DNA from: Gordius albopunctatus
Taxonomy: Eukaryota
Reading direction: 5' to 3'
Assembly (NCBI GenBank): GCA_964276515.1
Contig: OZ193909.1
Span: forward strand, 16,740,001 to 16,804,000
Length of the DNA: 64,000 nucleotides
Position numbers and translations under genes: made by a program. Positions within the stretch are counted from its first letter, which is position 1. Each line of letters begins with the position of its first letter. This document shows, piece after piece, positions 1 through 12,110 of the stretch. The notes under the pieces are model-generated. The model was not told the DNA's origin. It was given only the letters and a program-made list of their open reading frames with translations, and made no database searches.

Positions 1-397
1 TGTTTTAATTTAAGTGAATGGAGGGGGGGTTTCACTAAACGACACTATCAATCTAAAACTTTTCAGAGGATTGTCATTTTGATCCGTTTATCGGGTCAGG
101 TTCTGTCTGGGTACCTTACGCAACAATAAATCTGTTTTAAAAAGAAAATGATGCAAAACGAAAGTCTTTGGAGCTCAATTTAATACATCACCTATTATTT
201 TTTACAAATTGGTTTATTTTTAGCCTGCATTTAGTGTTACGATGAAATATTTGGGATCTTTTTTCATGCATTTCTAAACGTGAAACAATTGTGCATATAT
301 ACTTTTTTTAAAGTAATTACTTTTAGCTTACTTACTTCTTTAAAAATAACACTTATTAAAATTTTGTACTTATTTTATAAATTACATTTCTTTAAAG

Positions 398-1446
398 CCT
401 TGATATACGCTTGCGTGGGCATTTTCGTCTTTTCGGTGCTGTACGAAGGCCTTAAAGTATTCCGAGAGCACCTCATGTCTCATCCACCCTTCGCCAATGC
501 CCGCAAGGGTCTCGGTTCGCCCGGACGTCACAAAAAAAATTGTTGCGCCTCCGGGGCTGGAACCCTCCACGACGAAGGGGTTAGCCCTTACGCCAAGATG
601 AACGACGTCGAGTCTCGCACCCCGACCCACTTCGCCATCGAACGCGGCTTTAAATCGTGCGATTGTCGATCTAGGTCAGTAAACATTGCTAATAAGGAAA
701 GTATATAAAGAGTTTACTCAAGCCATAAACTTATTAACGCGTTTCCTGGGGAAATTTAGTTTTTAATCGAAACCACTGTAATCAGCTATTCAATTAAAAA
801 TTATAAAAATGTATTAGTTTTGTTAAAATTATTAATGAATTTGTAGTCAAAATCTTTGGTCTCCAACTAAAGAAGGCTATTTTAGAGCAAACACTAAACA
901 ATTATTTTAACTAAACACGAAAATGTATTAATTTGATTAAAATTAAAAACAAATTTTTATTTAAACTTAGGTTTACAGCTAAAAAGACCCTTTTTAGACC
1001 AATATGTATCGCGACATCATTAGTTTTATGGAACAATACACCCCCCCCTCCCACCCCTTTTGGGATGCAAATCAAACTTAAATTATAATTGTCATGTATT
1101 TTGTAAATAAAAATCTCGTACACATTCTTCTGCAGACAATTCCGCTCTTTTAAATTCCTAATTTGCTCGGTATGCCAAACCTAAAAGTTTAGAGCCTTTT
1201 GCAGAGGATAATTCCTAGTTTTTACTTCTTTTCCATTGCAGTCCCGCCTTTTCCATCCTGGATCACGGTTTGCAATCCATCCTACACATCATACAAACCG
1301 GACTCGGGTTCATGTTGATGCTCATCTTCATGACTTTCAACGTTTGGATGTGCTTCTCCCTTTTGCTGGGCGCCGGGGTCGGTTACTTTTGTTTTGCTTG
1401 GAAACGCAAAATCGCCATTGTCGACGTCACTCAACACTGCAATTGA
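398..1446 (+). CDS. SLC31A1: Copper transporter CTR1-like (SLC31 family), paralog A; last two exons 398-674 and 1242-1446, 5' exons outside window
   Basis: Exon 398-674 gives LIYACVGIFVFSVLYEGLKVFREHL (CTR TM1). The AG|GTCAGT donor joins in phase to the ttgcag acceptor at 1241. The last exon reads ...LHIIQTGLGFMLMLIFMTFNVWMCFSLLLGAGVGYFCFAWKRKIAIVDVTQHCN*, with MxxxM, GxxxG and a tail resembling human CTR1 VVDITEHCH. Confidence 0.92.
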
Positions 1447-4400
1447 TGACAACAACAACAACACACACGATATTCACTTTGGTTTTTTTTGTGTTTAATG
1501 TAGAGCACGCAGCAGTATAACAATAAAATTTTTAATATTTATGAAACGTTGTCCTAAAGTGAACGAAAAACGGTCCAAAATCGATTTCCACGAGCAAAGC
1601 GTTCAAAAATTTGTATAAATTCACCCGCGTTTTCCAATAGACGCCATGGCGATATTTTTTACTTTTTAAAAATCAGCTTTAAAATTAAGTAAAAGAGCTA
1701 ATTGATTACAAATGATCCATTTTTCTAATTCCTGTGCACATATATTAATATATACATTACTTATAAGCACTCTTACTCGTAATTGTATACATGCACTGAA
1801 TCAAAACGCCTATGCGATTTTCATAGGTATATTTTATGTGTGAAAGGTAATTTTCCCAAGGTTTAAAGGCCATATATTTGACTGACCTTTATTTTTATTT
1901 TTTCGCTCGTTTAGTGTTTTTTATCATCATTTTTTGAATCGAAATCGTCACTTTTTTGTCATCGCGACTTAATATTACCCAAGGTCAGTTGTTTGTTTGA
2001 AATTTAATCGCGTATGGATTTTTTGTAATTTTCCAAAATTTATGATAATTCTGTTTATAAAATTTGTTAATGTTACTCATATGGAAAATGTCTATGTAAT
2101 ATATATAACGTTATCTGTTTTATAATTTGGTTAATAAAGGTATCCTAGTAATATATACAAATTTTATGGTTTAAATATATGCCGTGGCAAAAAATATCGA
2201 AATCTTGATATTGAAATAGTAAATTTTGTAAAATCAACCATCTAATTTTACCCTTCTAGTATTAATTTCTTATCTTAAATTTACAAGCTAGTATAGTTGT
2301 CAGAGACCAAAAAAGCCCTCTTTTTTATTTGATGTGTAATGTTTATTAATCCTAGTTTAGATTTAAAAAATACGATCATTAATTTTTTTAGTTCTTGGAA
2401 ATTATAAATGAATCGCTGCTAAAAGTTCAAAAGAATTTCGGGCCGAGCACCTCTAATGATTTGTGCATGATTAGACCAACATTTAGAAGGGATCGGGTGG
2501 ACAAAGCTATGAAATCAGAACCGGCCAGGTTATGGCTTAAAATTTTTTACAAATCTGATATCATAGTTATATATGTAGAAAAATGATTTAATTACGCTTT
2601 GCTTGTCTAACTGTCATCGGCTACCTTTCGGGACCCTGGCTTTTTAGAAACTTTCAACAAAGTTTTTGAGGCAGAGCTTATCGCTCTTTGGATGATTACT
2701 AAGTTGAACTGTATAAAATATTCCATTCTGTCATATCCTAGTTCAATCTTTTTTAATTTTTATAAAAATTGGAAAACTATCGTAACATTATATTGCCTAA
2801 ACATATTATATATAGAGAGGGGTGCAAATAAAATAATTTATAGGTCGCCAATCTGACCTGACTCTTTGCGCCCAGTCCGACCCCGCTCTAAATAAAAAGA
2901 TGACCAGCGGTTTATCTCAGCCAAGGAAGAATATAAAAAAATGATTTTGGATATAAATATCACAAACCATGTTCGAAGATTAAAATTATAGAAAAGATAC
3001 CGGAAACGAGTACGAATCTTAATAGAATCTTTATGATGGATTTGTCTAAAACTACTTGAGAATTTAAAATATTCATATTTGAATCAATTCAACTCAAATT
3101 TTAAATTTTTCTAACCGTGTTATTTAACAATGTGCTATCCTTGTAGGACTATAAATGCATCGAATGTTGGGGAAAAAATTTAAATTCAGCGTAAAAATGT
3201 ATTTTTTGGATCAAATATGCCTTTACTTGTTTAGGACATATTTTTGTCCAGTCTGGTCGAAAAAAAGGATGTGCCCCACTCTCCCCTCCAACCAATTTAT
3301 TTTGCTGAGGCAGGCCGGATCGCGCATTCTTTTTAATTTATATCATATGAACTGTAAACATCTAATATAGTCACCTAATTTTATACGTCCTAAAATTATT
3401 ATAATAAAAATTATTTTTTACTAATTATTCTACGTAACGTATGACTGTATAATTTTATAAATATCTAAAAAAGTGAAATTATAAATTTTTTAAAATATTC
3501 CATCATATAAAGCAGCGTTATTATAATTTATTCAATTAAATTAAATGTAGTGCCAATTCAAAAAATATCGTAAAAAAACTTTTTGCTTATACCATTTTGT
3601 TCTAATACTGGTATTAAATATAAGCAACGGTCAGAATTAATTTGCTAAGAATTATATAGCCAATTTCGCAATTATCCGATCTAGAATTAAAACCTAGACA
3701 AGTTGCCCAAAGGAAATATATAAGGTAATGAATTCGGTAGAAAATCAATAATGGAATTTGAGCCCGGGCAAGGGCGAAAAAAGTAAGGACAATCATCGGT
3801 CATTAGGTGAGCTATTTGCGAAAGCAAAATAAAAGTCTTTTACAGAAGCATAAGTCCACAGGCATTAACACCCCGTACAAGTTTCCACTGAAATTATTCA
3901 AAAATTACAGTTTAACAGGGCGGACGGAATGAACGGACAACTAAAAGCGAGCCCATAAATTGTATAGCAATTAATTTCAAATATACACTCGCTTCTAAAC
4001 TCAAATTCCACTCTCTTTTCCACCCATATAGGATATATTGAGAGCCACGAGAGATTAAATTTCAACCTCATTAATTCTAGCATAAAAGGCGATTTCTACA
4101 TGGCTAAAACTTATAAATAATGTATTGTAGAAAACTGTCAAACGTCAACACCTATATCCATATTTTGGTACATTTTAGGAATTAAAACTCTACACCTGGT
4201 CAAGCCGTAGTGACATAATGACTCCTAAATTTATTTTAATATATTAAAGATGATAACATGAGTGTAAATATAAAAATAATGCCGGAATTATTTAGATGGT
4301 CCGTGGCGCTATTTAATTTTACCCATACACGCATAATTATTTCAAGTGCTGTGCATATAGCCTTCTCAAGCTATATTATATATCATAAGAAACAAAATTT

Positions 4401-5283
4401 GTCCTATATGATAGCTTTAACCTTTTAATCTGACATTTGCTTCACAAGTTTTATAAAATTTTCAGCAAAACTTCATTTCGTTCTAAAAATTCAAGAATAT
4501 CATAGATGCCTGAGATTATACCTATATTGAAACGAGTCTTGTGATAACTATTGGACTCAAAAAACTTTTCATAGGAAATTGACAGACTTAAAACTAGGCC
4601 TTAAAACTTATCATTAAATTTTTATAAAAAATATATAATTTTTAGATTTAAGGTATTTACAAGTGCCTTTTATGCTGGATGTAATTATTTTTGTTATTTA
4701 AATAATTTCATTTACAATTAAGGATATTTTATTGCCAATGGGTTTATATTTATGATGAAAAATATTTTAATGTCAATGGGGGGGGGGGGTCCCGTATAGG
4801 CCAATAAAACAATAGACCGCCGAAAAGCTAATAATTTTTTAGCAAGTATAGAAACCGCCATTTTGTTGGAAATTGTAACCAAAAAACATAATTCAACATT
4901 ATTTATTGTCTTATTCTACATATTTTTTAAATTTATAGATTAAGCTAATAGTCTTATTTTATTTCTTAATGAATATATGGTATAAAAGTGGAAATATACC
5001 TGTGGTTAAGTTTTTCCTTAAAAATGGCAGCTATAATAATGTCGAAATGATTTTAATAGTAAAAATCAGCTGTTCAGCAGTCTATGTTTTTATTAGTCTA
5101 TGGTATGTATGTATAAGCCCCGATGACAAACAAGAGCTTAGCTAAATCGTCAAGCTAAGATTGAGTCCCATCTGACACCATAGGTGCATCTCGGGCCTTA
5201 TTAGTCTATGGGTTCCCCTTATTATTCGCCCCACGACGATCATTTGTATCGCTACGCCGCTGAAGTGGAATCGGACACTTGAA

Positions 5284-8200
5284 ATGCACCACGATATGGA
5301 GTAACATACAATGTCTTTTAAATTCAATTTTTTTGATAATAACACACCGAAAACCGTAAATAATAAAATAACAACTAAATATAATGCCGAAATAATTGAT
5401 TTTTATTGTGACAATAATTTGGAAATGTCACTAACGTCATCAGTTGGTCTGAAGTATTTGCCATCATATAATTATTCAAATTTTTCTAAAATACATCCTG
5501 GGATAGCCATTTCTGACATAATTCCTGATGAGTATGAAGGTGGATATAAGATTTGGGAATGCACCTATGATTTATATAATTATTTAAACAAAATGGATTT
5601 CAAACAAAAACATGTTTTAGACCTTGGATGTGGTTCTGGTTTTTTAGGAATTTTGGCACTTAAAAATAATGCAGAAGGAGTTACTTTTCAAGATTATAAC
5701 AAAGATGTTTTGCAAAATTTTACTATGCCCAATATTAAATTGAATATTGATACTATTAAGTATGATAAATGTATTTTTGTTGCTGGTGATTGGATAAGCA
5801 TAATTGAAAAGAAGGTGTTTGAGAAAAAATTGGATGTTATCTTAACATCTGAAACAATTTATAATCCTCAGAACAACTTAAAATTATATGAACTATTAAA
5901 ACATTCTTTGCAAACAAATGGCCAGATATTCATTGCAGCTAAATCACATTACTTTGGCATAGGTGGTAATGTAAAAAGTTTTTTAGAGTTAATAGACAAA
6001 GACAACTATTTTGATTACAATATTTGTTGGAAATCAATTGATGGAGTGCCACGTTTAATTATTCTTTTAAAATGTTCTTTAACAGGATGATGAAAAATTA
6101 TTTCCATTTTGGAATGAATGATATCATTCTCTTCAAAAATTGGAAGCCTACCACTACTGGAGGTAGTGAATTAGAATCTATTTTTGTTATAATTAACCCT
6201 TGATTACATGTTCTTGCTCAATAAATTTATTTTAAAAATTATTCTGTTTCTTTTTGATTATAATTAATTTTGTGACAAAAACTTTTTTATATATGAATTA
6301 ATTAATTTAGGGCAGTTCAACGCATCAAAAAATATTTATAAAGATGTTAATCTTTCAATTTTATTTTAGCTTAAATTTCTTGCCACCTCTTTACATCAAA
6401 TTTTTACACCTTTTATTAAATATTTGAGCATTTATTTTTTGTAATATAGATTTTATAAGGTATATAAGTTGATTATACATTACTATATGATTTAAATAAA
6501 CCCAACTCGAATATAAAATAAATATTTTTTACAGATTACAAATATAGCTTTTAAATTTCAGCTCATCCTCCATATCAACAATAATTTTTTTATCATAATT
6601 TTAGATTTTATTTTAATATTAAAACTTAAATGAATTTTACTATTATATAGGTAAATCTGATTTTTTTATTCTATATTTATAAGGTAAATTAATTCAAATA
6701 TAAAATTTGCCAAAAAGTTTTATTAATAAAAGTTGAATTCAGGTCGGGCCAAAAATGAAAAATTGGTTGGGCCCGGCCAAAATAAAAAGTCCTGCTTGGG
6801 CGAAAATAATTTATTTCCCAGGTCTCTATGCGTAGTACAACTAAAATTATGTTTTATTCCACAGAAACAATGCAATTTATGTTTATCCCTCAATCAAAAT
6901 AAATGTTTTTGAATTATCCTTTAAACTTTTAAAAAGGGACATCTTGCTTGCCAGATGTGAACAAAGCATTATTGCTTACATTTATTTTAGCCAGTTTAGG
7001 TAAGAAAACTAAAAGCTATATACCTTTAATTTTAAACAATCCCGAGTTTAGAGTGCATGAGTGTATAGTAGTTGTAAAAAGGACTGCCTTTTCTCTTAGT
7101 CGCTTTCCAGCCTTAGTCAAAATTTTAAAAAAAATAGACCAGATTCGCCCGTTAATCAACAAAACCTAGGCGTTTTTACAACACTAGTTTATAGCAACAA
7201 AAGACACTATATACCTGATACACACGAGTTGATGATCAAAATATTATTACAAATGGTAGAAAGACACCTAATTGAATTTTTAATGGTTTAACCATAGAGG
7301 TTAGAAACTTTTTCATACTACTATTTTTTGGGATTCCTTCTTTATGATAGACTTCTGTGATTTCAAATTTTAAAATGCTTTTTAAAAAATGAGACGTTAT
7401 TAATATCTTTGTCAGAATTAAAAATGGAATTCTGTGTGATATGAAAAGGATTTCTTGTTTTGATAAAAATGTGAAATAGGGCGAAAATAGGTAAATTATC
7501 ATTAAACAATGAAACTAAAAATTTAGAAAGTACCTATATTTTACTCAAGATGAAAGTTTTAACTAAGCACTATTAATAGCTTCACATATTTCAAGGGCCC
7601 GGAATTTTTATATTTTTGATAAAGAACTCAGCTCGGCCCAGAACTTTACGGACCATGGGTAGCTAACTAAGTGCAGTCTCTACCAGTATTGTAAAAACGA
7701 CTGGATTGTATTTGGTCGACCTGATTTTAGTCGTTTTACAGCACTAGTCTCTACACTCGTATGCGGTTGTGATTATTAGTTAGGCAGCGGATTTTAATCC
7801 TGAAACTTTTTAGTTTCTGTATCAAGAGGTTTAATAGCATTTAGGTAGGACGTTTTTACTAGAGTCTAAAAATGCTTAGTTTTGCCTTATTTGCTTCCTC
7901 TTCAGATCCCAAATATTATTTATTCTTTTTACATTAGTCTATAGTGTGGTTTTTTAGTTAAAATACAGAGCTCTTTCTCGGTGTATAAATTGATTTTAAG
8001 CCACAGAGGCCCACTACTTTCGTATCAAAATTTTTAATAAAATTCTTGTCATCTACTCCGACAAATTAACGTAAAATTTCTCAAATTGTTTTTACAAAGC
8101 TCATAAACCGCTATTGTCTTCACTTAAGACTTTCCATAAATATATGAGTTTGCCTGCAAGAAAGTTTCAAAATAATTTTTGCGTGTTAACGCCTGAAGCA

Positions 8201-10769
8201 AAGATTTTTAGGGTGCGCGATTCGAAGCAAAAATTTAGGACATTAATTTATTAAGTGTGTTCTATATAATGCATATGTTTGGCTTTTTTATAATTGACTT
8301 GATAGAACAAATTAAAAATAATATATATTTCCCTATTATCAACTCAAAGCATTTGTAATTGATGCTCGAATTTTCGTTTCGCGCTCATCACGAATGCCCC
8401 ACTAAATTGTTGGTTTGGTCCTTTAACAGCCCATCTCTTAATAACGAATTGATTGGGGTAAATTTAATAGCAAGTAGAGGCAGCAGCGGGCCGACTTTTT
8501 AAATTTAAAGCAAAAATTAATAAATATATTTCCATTTCACGTCGTTCGCTGCTAAATTAGGCTGGGCTTTAGAACTAATCAGATACGAAGGTAGTCCTAG
8601 CAAGTATTCTTGTAAAAGTTATTTGTTAAAATTTTTTGTTATTGTTAATTCGTCTTCCTGTTTTTGGACCAAAATCGGGACTATTGAGTCAGTAAAGAAG
8701 TTAAGTATGGCTAAATTAAATTGTGATACAGCTGCGTGTAAATGTTAATTTATAAGGTTGAATTAATTCCATTATCAATTCACGCGATAAAGGAATCGAA
8801 TGCTCTTCGTAGTGCTGATTTGAGATTTTTATTATTAATCAAATTTTAGCCATAACTTTAATAAATTGCAAAAAAATTTTGGATTTATAGGAGGTTGGGG
8901 GTGGGCGCCTCTTCCTGCCTCCCCCCTTAGCTAACTTCAGGCTAATAATAATTTTGAATATATACCATTATTTTGGTAGATATTGCCTCTTCGTAATTTT
9001 TTATATGATTAAATAACCCTCAACTTTACGGTAGAATTTGTGGGTGCTTGCGTGGCCATCATGTTAGCGGGCGTGGTCCACGAAGCCCTGAGGCATGGGC
9101 GGGTTCGGTTGACTCATTATTCGCGTTGTTTATGCGCCGTCGTTGCCGTGACAACCGCCTCCGACCCCGGCGGGCGTGAAGATTCTACCTCTCCCTTAAC
9201 TCCGGTCGGAACCGCCTCTCATACGGTCAGCTGTTGTGATCGATCAGCTGATGACTGCGTAAGGGGCAAAACGCCGTCTTTCCCCTACGTAACTTACGCA
9301 CCAACCGGACTAGGATCTTACGCGCCTTTCGATGGGTACTACGCTATGTATTTTGGTGTTATTTAAGAATTTTAAAGTCTGCCTCCTGAAATTCTAAAGT
9401 TCTTAAATAAATATTCTACGCAACAGAGTAGTTTTTATTAATAATTTGTTGAGTTCGCACCATGGGCTTAGCCAGGTTTTGGATAAGGGGGGGGGGCGAA
9501 AACTGTTTAAGCCCAATTAGGGGGGGGGCAAAACATTATTTTTTAATTATTAAGGGTTTCTGTATTGAAAAATATTTTCTTTTTATTTAGCCTTGTCCCC
9601 CCCCCTTGGCTACGCCCATGGTTCACACACTAGATAAGCTTACGAGCATGCGTCAATGATTTAAAATTTTATCACAACCTTGGCCTTTGTCGTGTTTAAA
9701 AAAATAACTCGATAGGTCTGTTCCATAAAAGCGCCAGTATCCATGTTAATGGTTTAAAAGGGATCATAACAATGGTCATGGGTCCATTAATTACTATCGA
9801 TTCAATCGCTGTGCAAAAAAACTATTTGAATCTTTAACAGCGAAAGTTTTATATATACATAATTTGAAATTGATATATTTTTGATTTATTAAAAATTTGA
9901 CACGTTGCACTTAAAATCTAAATTTGCATTTCTTTTTAATGAGTTATGGACTCAAATATTAATTAAAGAATTTATTGACCTTGTTTTTCAAATTGGAATA
10001 TAAATGTGCTGTATTATTAAATATCGCGAAATAAATTGAAACATCATTTTTTACTTTTTAGCTATTAAAATCAATCAAAAGTCCCCGCATTCTCGCGATG
10101 ATTTGACTTTTTGACCTTTGACAAATGGTCCGAGTGAAGAATAAAAAAGCAGACGATTTTCAATAAGCAAATGTCTTAATTTACATTCCCTTATTTAATT
10201 ATTTGATTTACCAAATATACCATTATTTATTAATTTTAATATAATGTACATGAAACATTACTTATTAAAAATTTTTTCGGTGACTTTAATGAAACAAGAA
10301 TATTTAAAGTCACTGTAACTCATCCATGGGCGTAGCCAGCGTTGGAATTAGAGGGGGGCAACAATGTTTTAGGGAGGGGAAAAATGATCATTTGTTGAAA
10401 TTTTAGCCAAATTTTTGGATTTAGAGGGGGTAAGCCGCCCTTCACTGCCCCCCCTCTTTGCTACGCCCATACAGTCATCCATGAAAACCGTATAAATTAA
10501 TGCCTAGACTTGGTCAATCAAGAAAATGGCGACCTTACCCATCATATTACATAGCGCTAGGACAAACTGTGCTGTACGCCCTACACACGACGCTCAGTTT
10601 TGGACTCATGTTGATATTCATGACTTTCAACGCTTACCTTTGCGGCTCCGTTATAGCCGGGCTCACTTTAGGCTACTTCATTTTCGTAGAAATTTTACCG
10701 GGCCGACTTATAGCTGGGTCTGATGTCATAACCACTCTGCAGACCATGGATCAACCATGTTGTCACTAA
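5284..10769 (+). CDS. Copper transporter (SLC31/CTR family), paralog B; exons 5284-5300, 6086-6162, 9035-9335 (or 9347), 10508-10769; ~218 aa
   Basis: All junctions are GT-AG and phase-compatible (657 nt total). Protein: MHHDMEMMKNYFHFGMNDIILFKNWKPTTTGEFVGACVAIMLAGVVHEALR...LMLIFMTFNAYLCGSVIAGLTLGYFIF...QPCCH*. It shows a His/Met-rich N-terminus, the FHFG..ILF..W motif, MxxxM, GxxxG and a C-terminal CCH. Confidence 0.88.
5311..6090 (+). CDS. METTL18: Histidine protein methyltransferase 1 homolog (METTL18/Hpm1-like), single exon, 259 aa
   Basis: N-terminal MSFKFNF, SDIIPDEYEGGYKIWECTYDL, SAM-binding VLDLGCGSG, FQDYN, GDW, DVILTSETIYN and AAKSHYFGIGG, all hallmark METTL18/Hpm1 motifs. Confidence 0.93.
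   Translation: MSFKFNFFDNNTPKTVNNKITTKYNAEIIDFYCDNNLEMSLTSSVGLKYLPSYNYSNFSKIHPGIAISDIIPDEYEGGYKIWECTYDLYNYLNKMDFKQKHVLDLGCGSGFLGILALKNNAEGVTFQDYNKDVLQNFTMPNIKLNIDTIKYDKCIFVAGDWISIIEKKVFEKKLDVILTSETIYNPQNNLKLYELLKHSLQTNGQIFIAAKSHYFGIGGNVKSFLELIDKDNYFDYNICWKSIDGVPRLIILLKCSLTG
6220..6225 (+). promoter_or_regulatory. Candidate polyadenylation signal for the METTL18 transcript, in CTR-B intron 2
   Basis: AATAAA ~130 nt after the METTL18 stop, followed by T-rich sequence; the motif is common in AT-rich DNA. Confidence 0.4.
7684..7746. mobile_element. 63-bp hAT-type mini-MITE
   Basis: Imperfect TIRs CAGTATTGTAAAAACGACT / AGTCGTTTTACAGCACTA; perfect 8-bp TSD GTCTCTAC. Confidence 0.8.
9461..9620. 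mobile_element. MITE, CATGGGCGTAGCC family
   Basis: TIRs CATGGGCTTAGCCA / TGGCTACGCCCATG; flanks gttcgcac/gttcacac (7/8 TSD). Confidence 0.8.
10325..10471. mobile_element. MITE, CATGGGCGTAGCC family
   Basis: CATGGGCGTAGC ... GCTACGCCCAT, internal G/C tracts, degenerate TSD. Confidence 0.75.
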
Positions 10770-10845
10770 CTTCATAGCGAGAAAAGCAGTAAATGGTAAA
10801 TGAATAAATTTTTGTTATTTAAATACAAATGTTTTTGTATAATTG

Positions 10846-10987
10846 CATGGGGCAACCAAAAGGGGGGGGGGCAGGGCTCTCTCGCCCTCCCTCTAAATCC
10901 AAAAATTTATTAAAATTGTGGCTTAAATTTCAAAAAATGTTTGTTTTGCCCCCGCCCCCTCTAATTCCAATGCTGGCTACGTCCATG
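10846..10987. mobile_element. MITE, CATGGGCGTAGCC family
   Basis: Degenerate TIRs; flanks tataattg/tataagtg; reverse-orientation homolog of the 10325 copy. Confidence 0.75.
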
Positions 10988-11196
10988 TATAAGTGCAGTC
11001 CTCTCTATGGCGGTGGGCAGAATATTGTAACCGATTTGGATAGATTTTACTTGGGATAGCTTATTTTGATTTCGTCATATACCTTATTTGGGTTGCATCT
11101 GAGAATTTATTGAGTTTCGTTGAAATGGAAATGACGCAATAGGGAGGGAGATGTTGGTTAGCAGAACAGGTTAAATATTTACATGTAAAGTATATA

Positions 11197-11485
11197 CAGT
11201 CAAAACCGTTTAATTGCAAAGGCTTGAGCCTGAAATTTTATTTCGCTATTAACCGATATTTCGCGAATAAACGATGGGGAAAAAAGTATATGTACCATAT
11301 TTTATATAATTATCTGGTTGATTTAAGGACTCGAAAATGTTTGTGAATATCCGATATTGTACTATCAAGCGATTTGTCAATAAACGATGTTTTTATTAAT
11401 ATTATCGTTTAAAAAAAATGGTGGTTAACTTCACGATTAAAAGATTTTTGCGATAATCCGATTTGCGATTAAAAAGTTTCGACTG
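11197..11485. mobile_element. Tc1/mariner-pogo type MITE
   Basis: TA-CAGTCAAAAC ... GTTTCGACTG-TA: CAGTC termini with TA TSD. Confidence 0.75.
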
Positions 11486-12110
11486 TATATACACTAACGT
11501 CTGCTCCTTATTTTGTTTGAAATAATGAACGCAGTTTTTATTATTTTCTACAATTTGTAGATTTTATATTTAAATCGTTATTCAAAAGGTTTTATTTGCA
11601 ATCATGCACTTTATTAGGTTGCTAATTCATTTATATTTATTGTTTATTAAATTAGCCCATAGCACTAGTTTTTAATTTTTTATATTTGTAATATCTTAGT
11701 TTAGAAATCATGACATTAGTTTTCAAATGCAGGGTTTTAAACTTTGATGATAACTATAAAATTGAATTATAAAAGAACGTTTCTTATTTATTTTTTGACG
11801 ATGTAGAAATTTTTTGAATCTATTATATTTGGAACTATTTAGAATTGAAGAACAATTTTGTACTCTTCCATACAAAAGTCCTATGTAGCCTTTTCACAAA
11901 GCATGGTCACTATGCAAACATTTTCATCAATAAACCATATCTTCTTATATACAAATAGATATAAATAATATGTATACTATTTTTTGAATTTTGCATCTTT
12001 TAATCATGTATTGAACGTTATTGATATAACCACATAGGCCGAAAGTTCAAATTTATAACCGCTCATTCTTGTTGGATATAAATATTTATATACTATTATA
12101 CATTTTAAAG

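Noticed and set aside
280..397. Hydrophobic N-terminal extension of the 142-aa ORF
   Set aside because: Intronic AT-rich read-through upstream of the acceptor at 397.
1236..1520. 94-aa ORF from the track (and copy at 57666)
   Set aside because: Wrong frame; the CTR exon is read from 1243 in another frame.
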